The notes: generated by a model not told the origin, from the sequence alone. Counted from the whole stretch's first letter, positions 13,266 through 23,029 are shown. The stretch: DNA of 62,954 nucleotides, filler included, from Deltaproteobacteria bacterium (GCA_030698575.1; 6 parts of 6 records of this genome joined end to end with filler, not necessarily neighbours in it), one strand, 5' to 3'. Made by a program: numbers and translations.

Positions 13266-14027
13266 ATGAATCGCGCCATGACGAGCAGGGCCGAGGGGCT
13301 GGTCGTCGTTCCCGCGTTCAACGAGGCGGCGACGGTCGGCCGGGTGATCGATGAAGTGCGCCGCCACGCGCCCTCGGCGGACATTCTCGTCGTGGACGAC
13401 TGTTCGGCGGACGGCACGCGCGCCGCGGCGCTGAAGGCCGGCGCGCTCATTCTCACGCATGCCATCAACCTGGGCGACGGCGCCGCGCGGCAAACGGGCT
13501 TCCGATATGCACGTTCGAAGAGATACCGCTGGGTGGTGACCGTCGATGGCGACGGGCAGCACGATCCGCGCTCGATTGCCGACATCGTCGGCGTCCTCGA
13601 GCGGGGCGAGGCCGATGTCGTCATCGGTTCGCGATTCATGCCGGGCGCCTCGGGTCAGACGTACCGCGCCCCCCTGGATCGGCGGCTCGGAATGATGTTC
13701 TTCTCTCACGTCGCCTCGGCGCTCATCCGCCAGCGGGTCCACGACACAACCTCCGGCTACCGCGGCATGAGCGAACGCGCCATCGCGCTATTCTCCACGA
13801 ACTGGTTCCCGCAGACCTTCCCCGACGCTGATCTGATCGTCATTACCCATCGTGCCGGGCTGCGGATCGCGGAGATTCCCGCGCACTTCCGCGAGGACGA
13901 ATCGGGCCGCTCGATCCATTCGGGAATCACGCCGGTGTACTACGTCTTCAAGATGTGCCTGTCGCTTTTCGTTACGATGCTCCGCCGCGCGCCCCGGTGG
14001 GAGGAGGTAGAGCCCCATGGATCCTAG
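13266..14027 (+). CDS. GT2 polyprenol-phosphate glycosyltransferase (DPM1-like)
   Basis: VPAFNEA, VVDDCSAD, DGDGQHDP, VIGSRF, DTTSGYR; start uncertain. Confidence 0.88.
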   Translation: MNRAMTSRAEGLVVVPAFNEAATVGRVIDEVRRHAPSADILVVDDCSADGTRAAALKAGALILTHAINLGDGAARQTGFRYARSKRYRWVVTVDGDGQHDPRSIADIVGVLERGEADVVIGSRFMPGASGQTYRAPLDRRLGMMFFSHVASALIRQRVHDTTSGYRGMSERAIALFSTNWFPQTFPDADLIVITHRAGLRIAEIPAHFREDESGRSIHSGITPVYYVFKMCLSLFVTMLRRAPRWEEVEPHGS

Positions 14028-14385
14028 GCTTCGCGCGTTTTCGATACTCATCGCCGCGCTCATCGCGGTGTACGTTGTGAACGCCGTCCGTTCCCGGAGG
14101 CTCCGCGAGGAGTATTCCTTCCTCTGGCTGCTGATCGCGGGAGCGCTGCTCGCCATCACCCTCTGGGACGCGCCGCTCGAGATCCTCACGCAGGCCCTGG
14201 GGGGCGTGCTTCCGGCCAACATCCTATTTTTCGCCGGACTGGTCTTCCTGGTCGTGGTGAGCCTTTTCTACTCCATCCGGATCAGCGAGTTGAACAACCA
14301 GGTTAAAGTGCTGGCGCAAGAACTGGCCCTGCTGCGCCTCGTCGTCGAACGGCATCACGGCCCCGGAGAGGGGCCCGCCGCGTGA
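14017..14385 (+). CDS. DUF2304-family membrane protein
   Basis: RRLREEYSFLWL..ANILFF..ISELNNQVKVLAQELALL; commonly paired with a DPM1-like GT2. Confidence 0.85.
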   Translation: MDPRLRAFSILIAALIAVYVVNAVRSRRLREEYSFLWLLIAGALLAITLWDAPLEILTQALGGVLPANILFFAGLVFLVVVSLFYSIRISELNNQVKVLAQELALLRLVVERHHGPGEGPAA

Positions 14386-14485
14386 GGTTACCCGTGATCT
14401 CTGCGCTTTGCATTGGCGCGACCGCAGCCTCCGCGGCGTCGCGGCCGGAAATTATCCCGGTCGTGCCTTCACAAGGGCGGCCTGA

Positions 14486-17400
14486 ATGACCGGCCGGAAC
14501 GCCCAGGGCCTCCTCGTCGCACTAGCCTTCACCGCGGCCGCGCTCCTCTTCTGGCAGTTCCGGGTCATAGCACCGGCCACGGAGCCGGAAGGCTTCTTCC
14601 AGACGGATTTCTACAGCCTGCTCTACCCGATGTACCACTACGGGTACGGCGAGATGCTCGCCGGCCGCGTCCCCCTCTGGAATCCCTACACGCTCGCCGG
14701 CCTTCCCTTCCTCGCCACGCTCTACACGGGGATTCTCTATCCCGGAAACTTCCTTTTCCTTCTTCTCCCCACCGCTCTCGCGATGGGGATGACGGCCGCC
14801 CTCCACTCGTTCCTCACGACGTGGTTCATGTATCTGCTCGGGCGCGAGTGGGGATGGTCGCGAATCGCCGCGGGCGTTGCCGCGCTGGCCTGGGCTTATT
14901 CACATAACTCGGTGTGGTTCTACGGGCCCCTGTGCTTCATTGCGAGCGCAGCATGGCTGCCGTTGATGCTTCTCGGGGTCCATCGAGCTACGGAAGCAGG
15001 GCGCGGGCGGAGCGGCTCGGCGCTCCTCGCCTTCGCCGGCGCCATGTCGCTGCTCGCCGGCGGCTTCCAGATCTTCGTCTACGGCGTCTACGCGCTTGCG
15101 GCCTTCGCCCTCCTTCGCCTCGCCGGAACCCTGCGGAGCAACGGGCGGGGCGCGGCTCTGAGGGCGGCGGCTTGGCTGCTTCTGGGCTCCCTCACTGCGG
15201 CCGCTTTCGCCGCGCCCCAGATCCTCCCCACCGCCGAGCTTTCCCGCCTGACGGAGCGGAGCATCCGGGGGCTGCCGTTCGAATGGGTGGGCAACCCCAT
15301 GCAACCCGAGAGCCCCCTTTCGGATGAGCAGGCGACCGGTCTAACCGTCGTGGCGCCGACGGCGCAGGTCAAGTCGCTCTTCGCACGAGCCGTCACCGCG
15401 CTCGCCGATCTGCGCACGCTCACCCCCCGGCGCATACCGGCCCTCTACTTTGGGATCCTTCCGCCCCTCCTCGCCGTCGCCGCCTTCTTCGGCGCGCGAT
15501 GGCGCGCGGCGCTTGCGGTGTCCGCCGGCGGCCTCCTTGCCCTGCTGCTCTCGATGGGCCCTCACTTTCCCCTGTACCGTGTCTACTACGCTCTCCCCAC
15601 CGGAGACTGGTTCCGGAACGCCAACCGTTTCGTGCTGCTCAGCTCGCTCGCCCTCGCGGCTCTCGTCGGAATGGGCTTCGCGAGCCTCGAAGCCTCTCCT
15701 GCCGGGCGCCGCCGGGGCCTCCGCGCAGCGCTCGTCGCCGCCATCCTCAGCATCCTTGTACTCTGGTTAGCGGGAGTTCCGGCCCGGCCGTTCCTTTGGA
15801 GCAGCGGTACGGCCGCCCTTGGCCTTCTGCTCGCGGCCGTCGCAACCGCTCGCCATCCCCGTCTCCGCAGAGCTGCAGGTCTCGGGATCCTGCTCTTCGT
15901 CTTCACAGAGTTCTGGTTGGCCTACGCAAACCCCCACTATCACCCCCAGAAGAATCCGCAGGTATTCGACGAGCACGGCGTCATGACCGCCTACCTGCGG
16001 GATAACCTGGGGAACGACCGGATTGTGATCGTGGACAACCCCTGGGGGAGCTGGGGCATTCAGCCCAAATACGGGCTGCTCCACAGGCTTCACACGCTGA
16101 ACGATTACGAGCCGCTGGTGCCGCTGAGATACAAGTTCGCCTTTTCGCTCCTCGAGAACGCGCCGTCTGACAACGTCGCTCCCTTCGACGCCAGACTCCG
16201 ACTCGACCCTGCGCGGAGCAACAAGACCGTCCTCGACATGCTCGCCGTGCGTTTCGTCGTGGTGGATCGCGACCTCTACCCGGCCTGGGACGCCGGTGCC
16301 GCCACCTTCGGTCTTCGGCGCATTTCCCTCCCCGACCGCCAGGTAAGCCTCTATGTAAACGCCTCCGCTCGCCCCCGCGCCGCCCTCATACCGCGCGCGG
16401 TGGCCGCCGCTTCGGAACGGGAAGCTACCTCGACCATTCGCGACCCTGCCTTCGATCCCGAAAAGATCGTCGTGATTGAACCCGGCGGGCCCGAACCACC
16501 CGGTACAGCGGCGGCTGCGCCTCTGCTGTCCATCCCGCGCTGGCGGCAGGAGGCCCCCTTGACTGGCCTTCCTATGGGTGGCGAAGTCCGCTTCCTTCGT
16601 GATGACGCCGATCAAATCGAGATCGAAGCGCGCGTCCCGCCCGGCGCTCCCGCCTGGCTCGTCCTCATGGATCTCCCCTACCCCGGTTGGCGCGCCACGG
16701 TGGACGGCAACCCCGCGGCGATCCGGCCCGCAAATCTCGTGGGACGGGCGGTCGCGGTTCCGCCGGGAATTCATCGGGTGGTCTTCAGCTACGCGTCCCG
16801 CCCATTCCGGATCGGATGCTGGCTGTTCCTCGCAGCGGCCATCTCCTGGCTCGGGGTGGCGCTCTGGAACGGCACCAGCAGCGAGGGCGAGCGGCTGAAG
16901 CAGGCCGCGCGACGTCTCATCCCCTGGGCCGTCGCGGCCGCGATCCTCTGGGCGCTCTTCGCCCGCACCGGCTTCGCCGGTGTGAAGGACGCGGCGCGCG
17001 AGGCGAACTTGCTCTTGCTGTTCGGTGCAACGGTGCTCTGCACCCTTCCCATGTACGTGCTCGACGTGCTGTCGCTATCGCGCGTCATCGGCTGGTTCAA
17101 CCGCCCGGTCGCCTTCATGGATCTCGCGCGCGTGAAGGCCGCCGCCTATCTGATCACCCTCGTAAACTACAACGTGGGCAGTGGCGGCATCGCCTTCTGG
17201 CTGAAGCGGCGGCACGGCGTCCCCTTTCTCGAAGCGATGGCCTCGATCCTCTTCATCAACGTCGTCGACGTGATGGTGCTGGTAGGTCTGCTGGCGATCA
17301 CGCTGCCGGCGCTCGATGCCCCGGTGAACCGGGCCGTGGGCGGCGTAGTCGGCGCGGCGGTCGTGGTGTTTGCGGGACATTTCATCTACTGGCGGGCGGG

Positions 17401-17830
17401 ATTCGACTTCCTCTTTCTCGGGAGGCTCCGGCGCTGGCCGATCTTCAAGAGCTTCAGCATGGCGGGGGCGGGTCATTACCTGAAACTCGCGGCCATTCGC
17501 CTCCCCTTCGATCTCCTCTTCATTCTGAACTTCTGGATTGCGCTCATCGCATTCGACGTGAAGGCCCCCCTGGGCGTCACGCTCGCCTACGTGCCGATTA
17601 TCCTCTTCGTCTCGGTCGTACCGATCACCGTGGCCGGCCTCGGTACGGTCCAGGCCGTGACGCTCTATCTGTTCCGGGATTACGGATCGGAAGCGACGCT
17701 GCTCGCTTTCAGTCTCATGCTCACCGTCGCGCTGAGCGCCGTTCGCGCGCTCCTCGGGCTGCCCGTCTTCAGGAAGGTGTCGGTCGAGAGCTTCTCGGGC
17801 GGGAACGTAACGCAGCCAGACCGCGGGTAA
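14486..17830 (+). CDS. YfhO-like (GT-C fold) membrane glycosyltransferase fused to a C-terminal lysylphosphatidylglycerol-synthase-TM/flippase-like domain
   Basis: PLWNPYTLAGLPFLA..YP, AAPQILPTAEL, YPGWRATVDG..VPPGIHRVVFSY; C-terminal 'VVPITVAGLG' multi-TM domain. Confidence 0.8.
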   Translation: MTGRNAQGLLVALAFTAAALLFWQFRVIAPATEPEGFFQTDFYSLLYPMYHYGYGEMLAGRVPLWNPYTLAGLPFLATLYTGILYPGNFLFLLLPTALAMGMTAALHSFLTTWFMYLLGREWGWSRIAAGVAALAWAYSHNSVWFYGPLCFIASAAWLPLMLLGVHRATEAGRGRSGSALLAFAGAMSLLAGGFQIFVYGVYALAAFALLRLAGTLRSNGRGAALRAAAWLLLGSLTAAAFAAPQILPTAELSRLTERSIRGLPFEWVGNPMQPESPLSDEQATGLTVVAPTAQVKSLFARAVTALADLRTLTPRRIPALYFGILPPLLAVAAFFGARWRAALAVSAGGLLALLLSMGPHFPLYRVYYALPTGDWFRNANRFVLLSSLALAALVGMGFASLEASPAGRRRGLRAALVAAILSILVLWLAGVPARPFLWSSGTAALGLLLAAVATARHPRLRRAAGLGILLFVFTEFWLAYANPHYHPQKNPQVFDEHGVMTAYLRDNLGNDRIVIVDNPWGSWGIQPKYGLLHRLHTLNDYEPLVPLRYKFAFSLLENAPSDNVAPFDARLRLDPARSNKTVLDMLAVRFVVVDRDLYPAWDAGAATFGLRRISLPDRQVSLYVNASARPRAALIPRAVAAASEREATSTIRDPAFDPEKIVVIEPGGPEPPGTAAAAPLLSIPRWRQEAPLTGLPMGGEVRFLRDDADQIEIEARVPPGAPAWLVLMDLPYPGWRATVDGNPAAIRPANLVGRAVAVPPGIHRVVFSYASRPFRIGCWLFLAAAISWLGVALWNGTSSEGERLKQAARRLIPWAVAAAILWALFARTGFAGVKDAAREANLLLLFGATVLCTLPMYVLDVLSLSRVIGWFNRPVAFMDLARVKAAAYLITLVNYNVGSGGIAFWLKRRHGVPFLEAMASILFINVVDVMVLVGLLAITLPALDAPVNRAVGGVVGAAVVVFAGHFIYWRAGFDFLFLGRLRRWPIFKSFSMAGAGHYLKLAAIRLPFDLLFILNFWIALIAFDVKAPLGVTLAYVPIILFVSVVPITVAGLGTVQAVTLYLFRDYGSEATLLAFSLMLTVALSAVRALLGLPVFRKVSVESFSGGNVTQPDRG

Positions 17831-17855
17831 ATCGAGGGCGACGAGCAGTAAAAGG

Positions 17856-19268
17856 TCACTCGACGTAGCCGAGGGATCGCAACTGCTCGAGTGTCTTCGG
17901 TTGGACTCCCTCCGGCGCCGCCCGTCGGGCCGGTGGCTTCAGGCCCGCCCGCGCGTCGTCGAGGAGGGAAAGCATCTCCCTCTCGAGCCGCCCGTCGGCC
18001 AGGTTGCGCAGCTCGCCCGGGTCCTCGTCCAGCCGGTAGAGTTCCACCTCCCCCCGATCGGATTGGATGATCTTCCAGGGCCAGCGGATGGCCGCCCTGA
18101 GATCGCGATCGAAGCGCGGCCCGAAAAGCTTGATGAAGAGGTTGTCGCGGTACGACTCGGCCAGAATCACCCGGAGGGCGCCCACGGGCATGCCGTCGAC
18201 GCCCTCCGGGAGAGTCAGGCCCGTCTCGGCGGAGACGAGGGGCAAAAGATCGACCACGGAAATCAACGACGAGTCGCTCTCGCCGGCGCGCCTTCCTCCT
18301 GGATAGCGAATGATGAGCGGAACGTGGATCACCTCGCTGTAGAGCCACCGGCCGTGCTCCATCATCCCGTGCTCGCCGAAGCTCTCGCCGTGATCCGCCA
18401 CGACGATGACGAGCGCGCCGTCGTAGCGCCCGAGCAAGCGCAAGGCCGCGAGAAGGCGACCAAACTGGGAATCCATAAAACGGATCTCGCCGTCATAGCG
18501 GTCGATGAGGGGTCCAAGGGGGATAGCGGGAGCGGGTCCGCCCGCGCGTCCGGGCGCCGCCGGCTCGAGGGGAACTCTGGCTAGCGGCAGATCGTCGTAG
18601 CCGGGCGGCGGCTCGTAGGGGCCGTGAGGATCGAAATAGTTGACGAGCATATGGACGGGCTGCTCGCGCGGGACTTCCCGAAGCCAGGAGACGGCCCGAT
18701 CAGTCAGCTCGTCGGCTGGGCGGCCCCCGATCGTCCGGATCTCCGCGTCCTTCAGATCGTACCCCTGCAGCACGCCAAAGACCGGTTCGAGAAAGGGGCC
18801 GCCCACGAACGCCGCCGTCCGGTAGCCGGCCTCCCCGAGCAACTCTGCCATCGTCAGCTGGTCCGATCCCAGCCGGTTGACCGTCATCTGCCGGAACATC
18901 TCACCTTCCAGGGCCTCACCGAGGTTCGCGTCGGGTCGATCGACGTCGAAGTGCGCCCCGTGGCTCGTGGGGTACTTTCCGGTGACGATCGAAGCGTGGG
19001 CGGGAAGGGTCCAGGAAGCCGTGCTGTGGGCGCGGGTGAAGAGGGTCGCATCCGCCGCGAATCGATCGATGGAAGGGGTGATGTTGCGGGTGTAGCCGTA
19101 GGCGCCGATGTGGTCGGCCCTGGTCGTGTCGAGCGTGATGAGTATCACGTCCGGACGAGGGCGATCCCCGGCGCCGCATCCCGACGCCGCGATACAGGCC
19201 AGGAGCGCCGTCAAGAACAGGCGATGCCAGCGCCCCATTCCCTTCCCCGGCACGTCCCTGCGGCCCAT
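17856..19268 (-). CDS. Sulfatase-like (alkaline phosphatase superfamily) enzyme, probably exported or a lipoprotein
   Basis: ILITLDTTRADH, SWTLPAHASIVTG, NYFDPHGPY, YDGEIRFMD, VADHGE, HVPLII; lipobox-like ASGC. Confidence 0.88.
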   Translation of the reverse strand: MGRRDVPGKGMGRWHRLFLTALLACIAASGCGAGDRPRPDVILITLDTTRADHIGAYGYTRNITPSIDRFAADATLFTRAHSTASWTLPAHASIVTGKYPTSHGAHFDVDRPDANLGEALEGEMFRQMTVNRLGSDQLTMAELLGEAGYRTAAFVGGPFLEPVFGVLQGYDLKDAEIRTIGGRPADELTDRAVSWLREVPREQPVHMLVNYFDPHGPYEPPPGYDDLPLARVPLEPAAPGRAGGPAPAIPLGPLIDRYDGEIRFMDSQFGRLLAALRLLGRYDGALVIVVADHGESFGEHGMMEHGRWLYSEVIHVPLIIRYPGGRRAGESDSSLISVVDLLPLVSAETGLTLPEGVDGMPVGALRVILAESYRDNLFIKLFGPRFDRDLRAAIRWPWKIIQSDRGEVELYRLDEDPGELRNLADGRLEREMLSLLDDARAGLKPPARRAAPEGVQPKTLEQLRSLGYVE

Positions 19269-19278
19269 GCACGCCTCC

Positions 19279-20325
19279 TCAGCCCCGCCTCGCCCAGGGT
19301 CCGGGCGGCGCGTTGCCGGCGCCATCCGGATCGAGGATCGGCTCGGCGAAGACCAGGACACCGTAGAGCAAGATCGGAAGAATCTGCAAGAAAGTTCGAT
19401 TCACCACCGTGCCGTTGACCAGCCAGAGATAAGCGCCTCCCACCCCGTAGAGATAGGCGAAGGTCGCGAGCAACGCCCCGCCGTAGAGCGCCAGCGGGAG
19501 ATCCTCCCCGCGTCCGGCGCGCAAGGCCAGCAGCGGAAAGGCCATCGCGACGAGTGTGCCCGCCAGCATCCAGTTGTTGAACCCCCAGAAAAAGTGATCG
19601 ACGAGCGGCCCGGCGATCTCGCCCATGCGGTTGCCCGGAACGAGATTCCCCCAGACGGCCGCAAGGACCGGCGGTCCCTCGGTACCGTAGCGGGCCTCGA
19701 GCAGGAAGATCGCGGCCAGGCCCAGGGCAGCGGCTAAAGTTGCAACGCCCGCTATCGCGGCGGGCCTCACGAGACCCCGGCGGACGGCCACCGCGGCGCC
19801 CATGCAGAACAGCGCGATCGGAAGATAAGTCACACCCTCGAGCTTGATCGCGGGGAGGCAGAGCGAGAAGACGATTGCGAGCCGCAGGTCGTTCGCTCCT
19901 CCCTCGCGCGCGTACCGGTGCAGGAAGATCCCCGCCGCAGTGAGATAGAGGGCCATCGGAAGATCTGCGTACCCGGCGAGCGCGGCATGGGTCAGAAAGA
20001 GCGGGAAGGCCGACAGCAGGTAGACGCCCACGAGCGACAGCGATCGCGACACGAGCCGGCGAAGACCCGCGTGAAAGAGAAGCAACATCGCTGCGTAGTA
20101 GTTCCACTGGGCCAGGCTTACCGCATACTCGTTCCAGCGGCCGTGAAGCATCTCGAACCAGGCAAGGACGAGCCCGGGCGCCGGAGGGTAGCCCTGCGGC
20201 AGCGCGAAACCCGCGCGGCTCCCGTCGAAGTACATCGTTTTTGCCAGAACGAGCGACACCCGGAACGCGTCCGCGCCCCGGATGAGCTCCGACAAATTCA
20301 TCACGAGGACGTAGACGAGCTTCGA
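19279..20325 (-). CDS. Polytopic membrane protein, GT-C/ArnT-like, 5'-truncated
   Basis: YPP, GYADLPMA, IKLEG motifs; many TM segments. Confidence 0.6.
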   Translation of the reverse strand, partial: SKLVYVLVMNLSELIRGADAFRVSLVLAKTMYFDGSRAGFALPQGYPPAPGLVLAWFEMLHGRWNEYAVSLAQWNYYAAMLLLFHAGLRRLVSRSLSLVGVYLLSAFPLFLTHAALAGYADLPMALYLTAAGIFLHRYAREGGANDLRLAIVFSLCLPAIKLEGVTYLPIALFCMGAAVAVRRGLVRPAAIAGVATLAAALGLAAIFLLEARYGTEGPPVLAAVWGNLVPGNRMGEIAGPLVDHFFWGFNNWMLAGTLVAMAFPLLALRAGRGEDLPLALYGGALLATFAYLYGVGGAYLWLVNGTVVNRTFLQILPILLYGVLVFAEPILDPDGAGNAPPGPWARRG

Positions 20326-20425
20326 NNNNNNNNNNNNNNNNNNNNNNNNNNNNNNNNNNNNNNNNNNNNTTAATTAATTAANNNNNNNNNNNNNNNNNNN
20401 NNNNNNNNNNNNNNNNNNNNNNNNN
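20326..20425. other. Artificial contig-joining spacer
   Basis: N run with TTAATTAATTAA. Confidence 0.99.
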
Positions 20426-20692
20426 GCCGCGCTCGCGGCCGCCGCGCTGGCCGCGGCGCGAATGATCGCTCCGGCGGCGCTGCGCCCCTTGCTCCGCGCG
20501 GGGGTGGCGGGCATCGCCGCGCTCGCCCTCGGCGGCGCGATCTGGTTCGCCTCCATCTCGCGCTACGAGGATCTCGGCCAGTGGCGGCGCTGGCAAGCGC
20601 GTTTCATCCCGCTCGTCTGGATTGACGCCCTCCACGATCTGGGACGACCCGCCTCGGTCCTCTGGGACGGCGAAGTGATGCGCCCCCGCTGA
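20426..20692 (+). CDS. Membrane protein C-terminal fragment
   Basis: Open from contig start, hydrophobic segment, GC-rich third positions. Confidence 0.5.
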   Translation, partial: AALAAAALAAARMIAPAALRPLLRAGVAGIAALALGGAIWFASISRYEDLGQWRRWQARFIPLVWIDALHDLGRPASVLWDGEVMRPR

Positions 20693-20707
20693 AGCGCGGT
20701 CATGAGC

Positions 20708-20743
20708 GAACCCCTGGGCAAACCCCAGGGCGAGCCCCTGGGA
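20708..20743 (+). repeat. Three imperfect 12-bp direct repeats upstream of uvrC
   Basis: GAACCCCTGGGC AAACCCCAGGGC GAGCCCCTGGGA. Confidence 0.7.
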
Positions 20744-20756
20744 TATACTTCCGGCC

Positions 20757-22724
20757 ATGTCTCCCCAAAAGACTCCCGAGACGAGCCCCGGCAGGCACCT
20801 CCAGGAGAAGCTCCGGAGCCTGCCGGACGGCCCCGGTGTCTATCTCATGAAGGACGTCGAGGCGCGCGTGATCTACGTGGGGAAGGCCAAGAGCCTCCGG
20901 AGCCGCGTGCGCAGCTACTTCGCCGAGGCCGTGGGCGATACGCGGGCGACGGTGCGCTTCCTGGTCAAGAGGGTCGCCGACGTCGAGTGGATCGTGACCG
21001 CGACGGAGAAGGACGCGCTGATCCTCGAGAACACCCTCATCAAGCGCCACCACCCCCGCTACAACGTCAAGCTGCGCGACGCCAAGACCTACATCGGGCT
21101 CCGGCTCAATGTGCAGGACCCCTTCCCCCGCCTCACCACGACGAGGCGCATGCGCGAGGACGGTTCGCTCTACTTCGGGCCCTACACCTCGAGCCAGTCC
21201 ATGCGCGAGACGGTCTATCTCATCCACAAGATATTTCCGCTGCGAAGCTGCTCGGACCCGGTCTTCCGGCAGTACCGGCGGGCCGGGCGCCCCTGCATCG
21301 AATTCCAGATGAAGCGCTGCCTCGCGCCCTGCTGCGACTACGTCGACAAGCCGCGCTACGACGAGCTGGTGCGCGGCGTCGCGCTGTTCCTGCGCGGCCA
21401 GAGCCGGGAGCTTCTCAGGGATCTCGAGCGGCAGATGAAGGCCGCCGCGGAGGGAGAGGCCTATGAGCGCGCGGCCGATCTCAGGGATCGGATCGGCGCC
21501 GTCGAGGCGACCATCGAGCGCCAGCGGATGGTCTCGGAGAAGGAGATCGATCGCGATATTTTCGGCTTCGCGCGCGAGGAAAATCAGGCCGAGGTCCAGG
21601 TGCTCTTCGTCCGGCAGGGGAAGCTCATCGGGGGGCTCAACTATCCGCTGCGGGGCGTCCACCTGGACGATGCCGAACTTCTCTCGTCGTTCCTCTCGCA
21701 GTACTACGCCCGCGACCGCGTGGTGCCGGCCGAGGTGCTGCTGCCCATGCCGCTGGAGGGGCAGGGGGCGGTCGGGGAGCTTCTGACCGAACGCGTGGGG
21801 CGCCGGGTGCGGGTGACCGCGCCGCGGCGCGGTGAGCCGGCGGCGCTGGTCCGGATGGCCGGCGAGAACGCCCGCGCCGCGCTCGACAAGCGGCTGGCCA
21901 GCCGCGAAGCCATCGAGCTTGCGCTGGACGAGCTCCGGGACCGCCTCAGGCTCCGCGGGCGGCCTGACCGCATCGAGTGCTACGACATCAGCAACCTGCA
22001 GGGAAAGATGGCGGTCGGCTCCTGCGTGGCCTTCCACGAGGGACGCCCGGACGTCTCGCGCTACAAGAAATTCCGGATCAAGGGGCTGGACAGCCCGGAC
22101 GACTACCGGATGATGAAGGAGGTCCTGGCCCGCCGGTTCCGCCGCGCCGGCGGGGACGGTGATCTGCCCGACCTGATCCTGCTCGACGGCGGGCGGGGCC
22201 AGCTCAACATCGCCCTCGAGGTGCTGCGCGAGCTGCAAATCGACGGGGTCGGCGTGGCGACGGTGGCGAAGTATGCGCCCGATGCCGAGGTCGGCGCCCG
22301 GGCCAAGGCGCGGACGTCGGAGAAGGTTTACATCCCCGACCTGAAGGAGCCCGTTGGCTTCCCCGCAAACTCACCGGCCATGTTTCTCCTGCAGCGGCTT
22401 CGCGACGAATCGCATCGCTTCGCGATCGCCTACCACAAGCTGCTGCGGCGCCGCCTCACGCTGCTCTCGGCCCTCGAGGACATTCCGGGGATCGGGAAGG
22501 GGCGCCGCCGCCTCCTGCTGCGGCGTTTCGGAAGCTTGCGAAGAGTTCGCGATGCAAGCGCGACTGAACTCTGCGAGGTGCCGGGGATCACGCCGACAAC
22601 GGCGCGGGCGATTCAGGATCGCCTTCGGGAGCCCACGGCGGCCCCGGAGGGGCGTTCCGAAACCGAGACTTCCGGGCAAGATGGCGCGCTTCCCGGAAAC
22701 GAATGGGAGGGCGAGAATGGCTGA
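20757..22724 (+). CDS. uvrC: Excinuclease ABC subunit C
   Basis: GIY-YIG (PGVYLM..IYVGKAKSLR), YFGPY, IECYDISN, LILLDGGRGQ, RDESHRFA, HhH IPGIG. Confidence 0.98.
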   Translation: MSPQKTPETSPGRHLQEKLRSLPDGPGVYLMKDVEARVIYVGKAKSLRSRVRSYFAEAVGDTRATVRFLVKRVADVEWIVTATEKDALILENTLIKRHHPRYNVKLRDAKTYIGLRLNVQDPFPRLTTTRRMREDGSLYFGPYTSSQSMRETVYLIHKIFPLRSCSDPVFRQYRRAGRPCIEFQMKRCLAPCCDYVDKPRYDELVRGVALFLRGQSRELLRDLERQMKAAAEGEAYERAADLRDRIGAVEATIERQRMVSEKEIDRDIFGFAREENQAEVQVLFVRQGKLIGGLNYPLRGVHLDDAELLSSFLSQYYARDRVVPAEVLLPMPLEGQGAVGELLTERVGRRVRVTAPRRGEPAALVRMAGENARAALDKRLASREAIELALDELRDRLRLRGRPDRIECYDISNLQGKMAVGSCVAFHEGRPDVSRYKKFRIKGLDSPDDYRMMKEVLARRFRRAGGDGDLPDLILLDGGRGQLNIALEVLRELQIDGVGVATVAKYAPDAEVGARAKARTSEKVYIPDLKEPVGFPANSPAMFLLQRLRDESHRFAIAYHKLLRRRLTLLSALEDIPGIGKGRRRLLLRRFGSLRRVRDASATELCEVPGITPTTARAIQDRLREPTAAPEGRSETETSGQDGALPGNEWEGENG

Positions 22725-22764
22725 AACAGTGCTGGAATCTTCGGATTCACGCCGGAGGAAAGGA

Positions 22765-22815
22765 TTTTCCCAGATCGGAAGGGAATGCTCTAAATTGAGA
22801 AAAGTTTTTCCCAGG
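22765..22815 (+). promoter_or_regulatory. Putative enhancer (UAS) array
   Basis: TTTTCCCAGATCGGAAGGGAATGCTCTAAATTGAGAAAAGTTTTTCCC; closely resembles 31137-31186. Confidence 0.6.
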
Positions 22816-22904
22816 AATAAATGCTGACCGGGGAGGCAGCGGAATCGGCCTGGGTAACATGCTGAGATTACTAGATGTTTTTTAACCGATGAGAAGCGCA
22901 AGGT

Positions 22905-22920
22905 TGGCACGGAATCTGCT
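22905..22920 (+). promoter_or_regulatory. Sigma-54 (-24/-12) promoter
   Basis: TGGCAC-GGAAT-CTGCT with correct GG...GC spacing, upstream of a PEP-CTERM gene. Confidence 0.75.
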
Positions 22921-23029
22921 TTGTATTGGGCTGACCTCGGCAGAAGTGGCACTTGGAGGGCCGGGGTCGTTTGCGCTCAGTCTTTAAGAAACACCCCCCC
23001 CCGACGGCCGGTGGGGCATCCCTGGAGGG

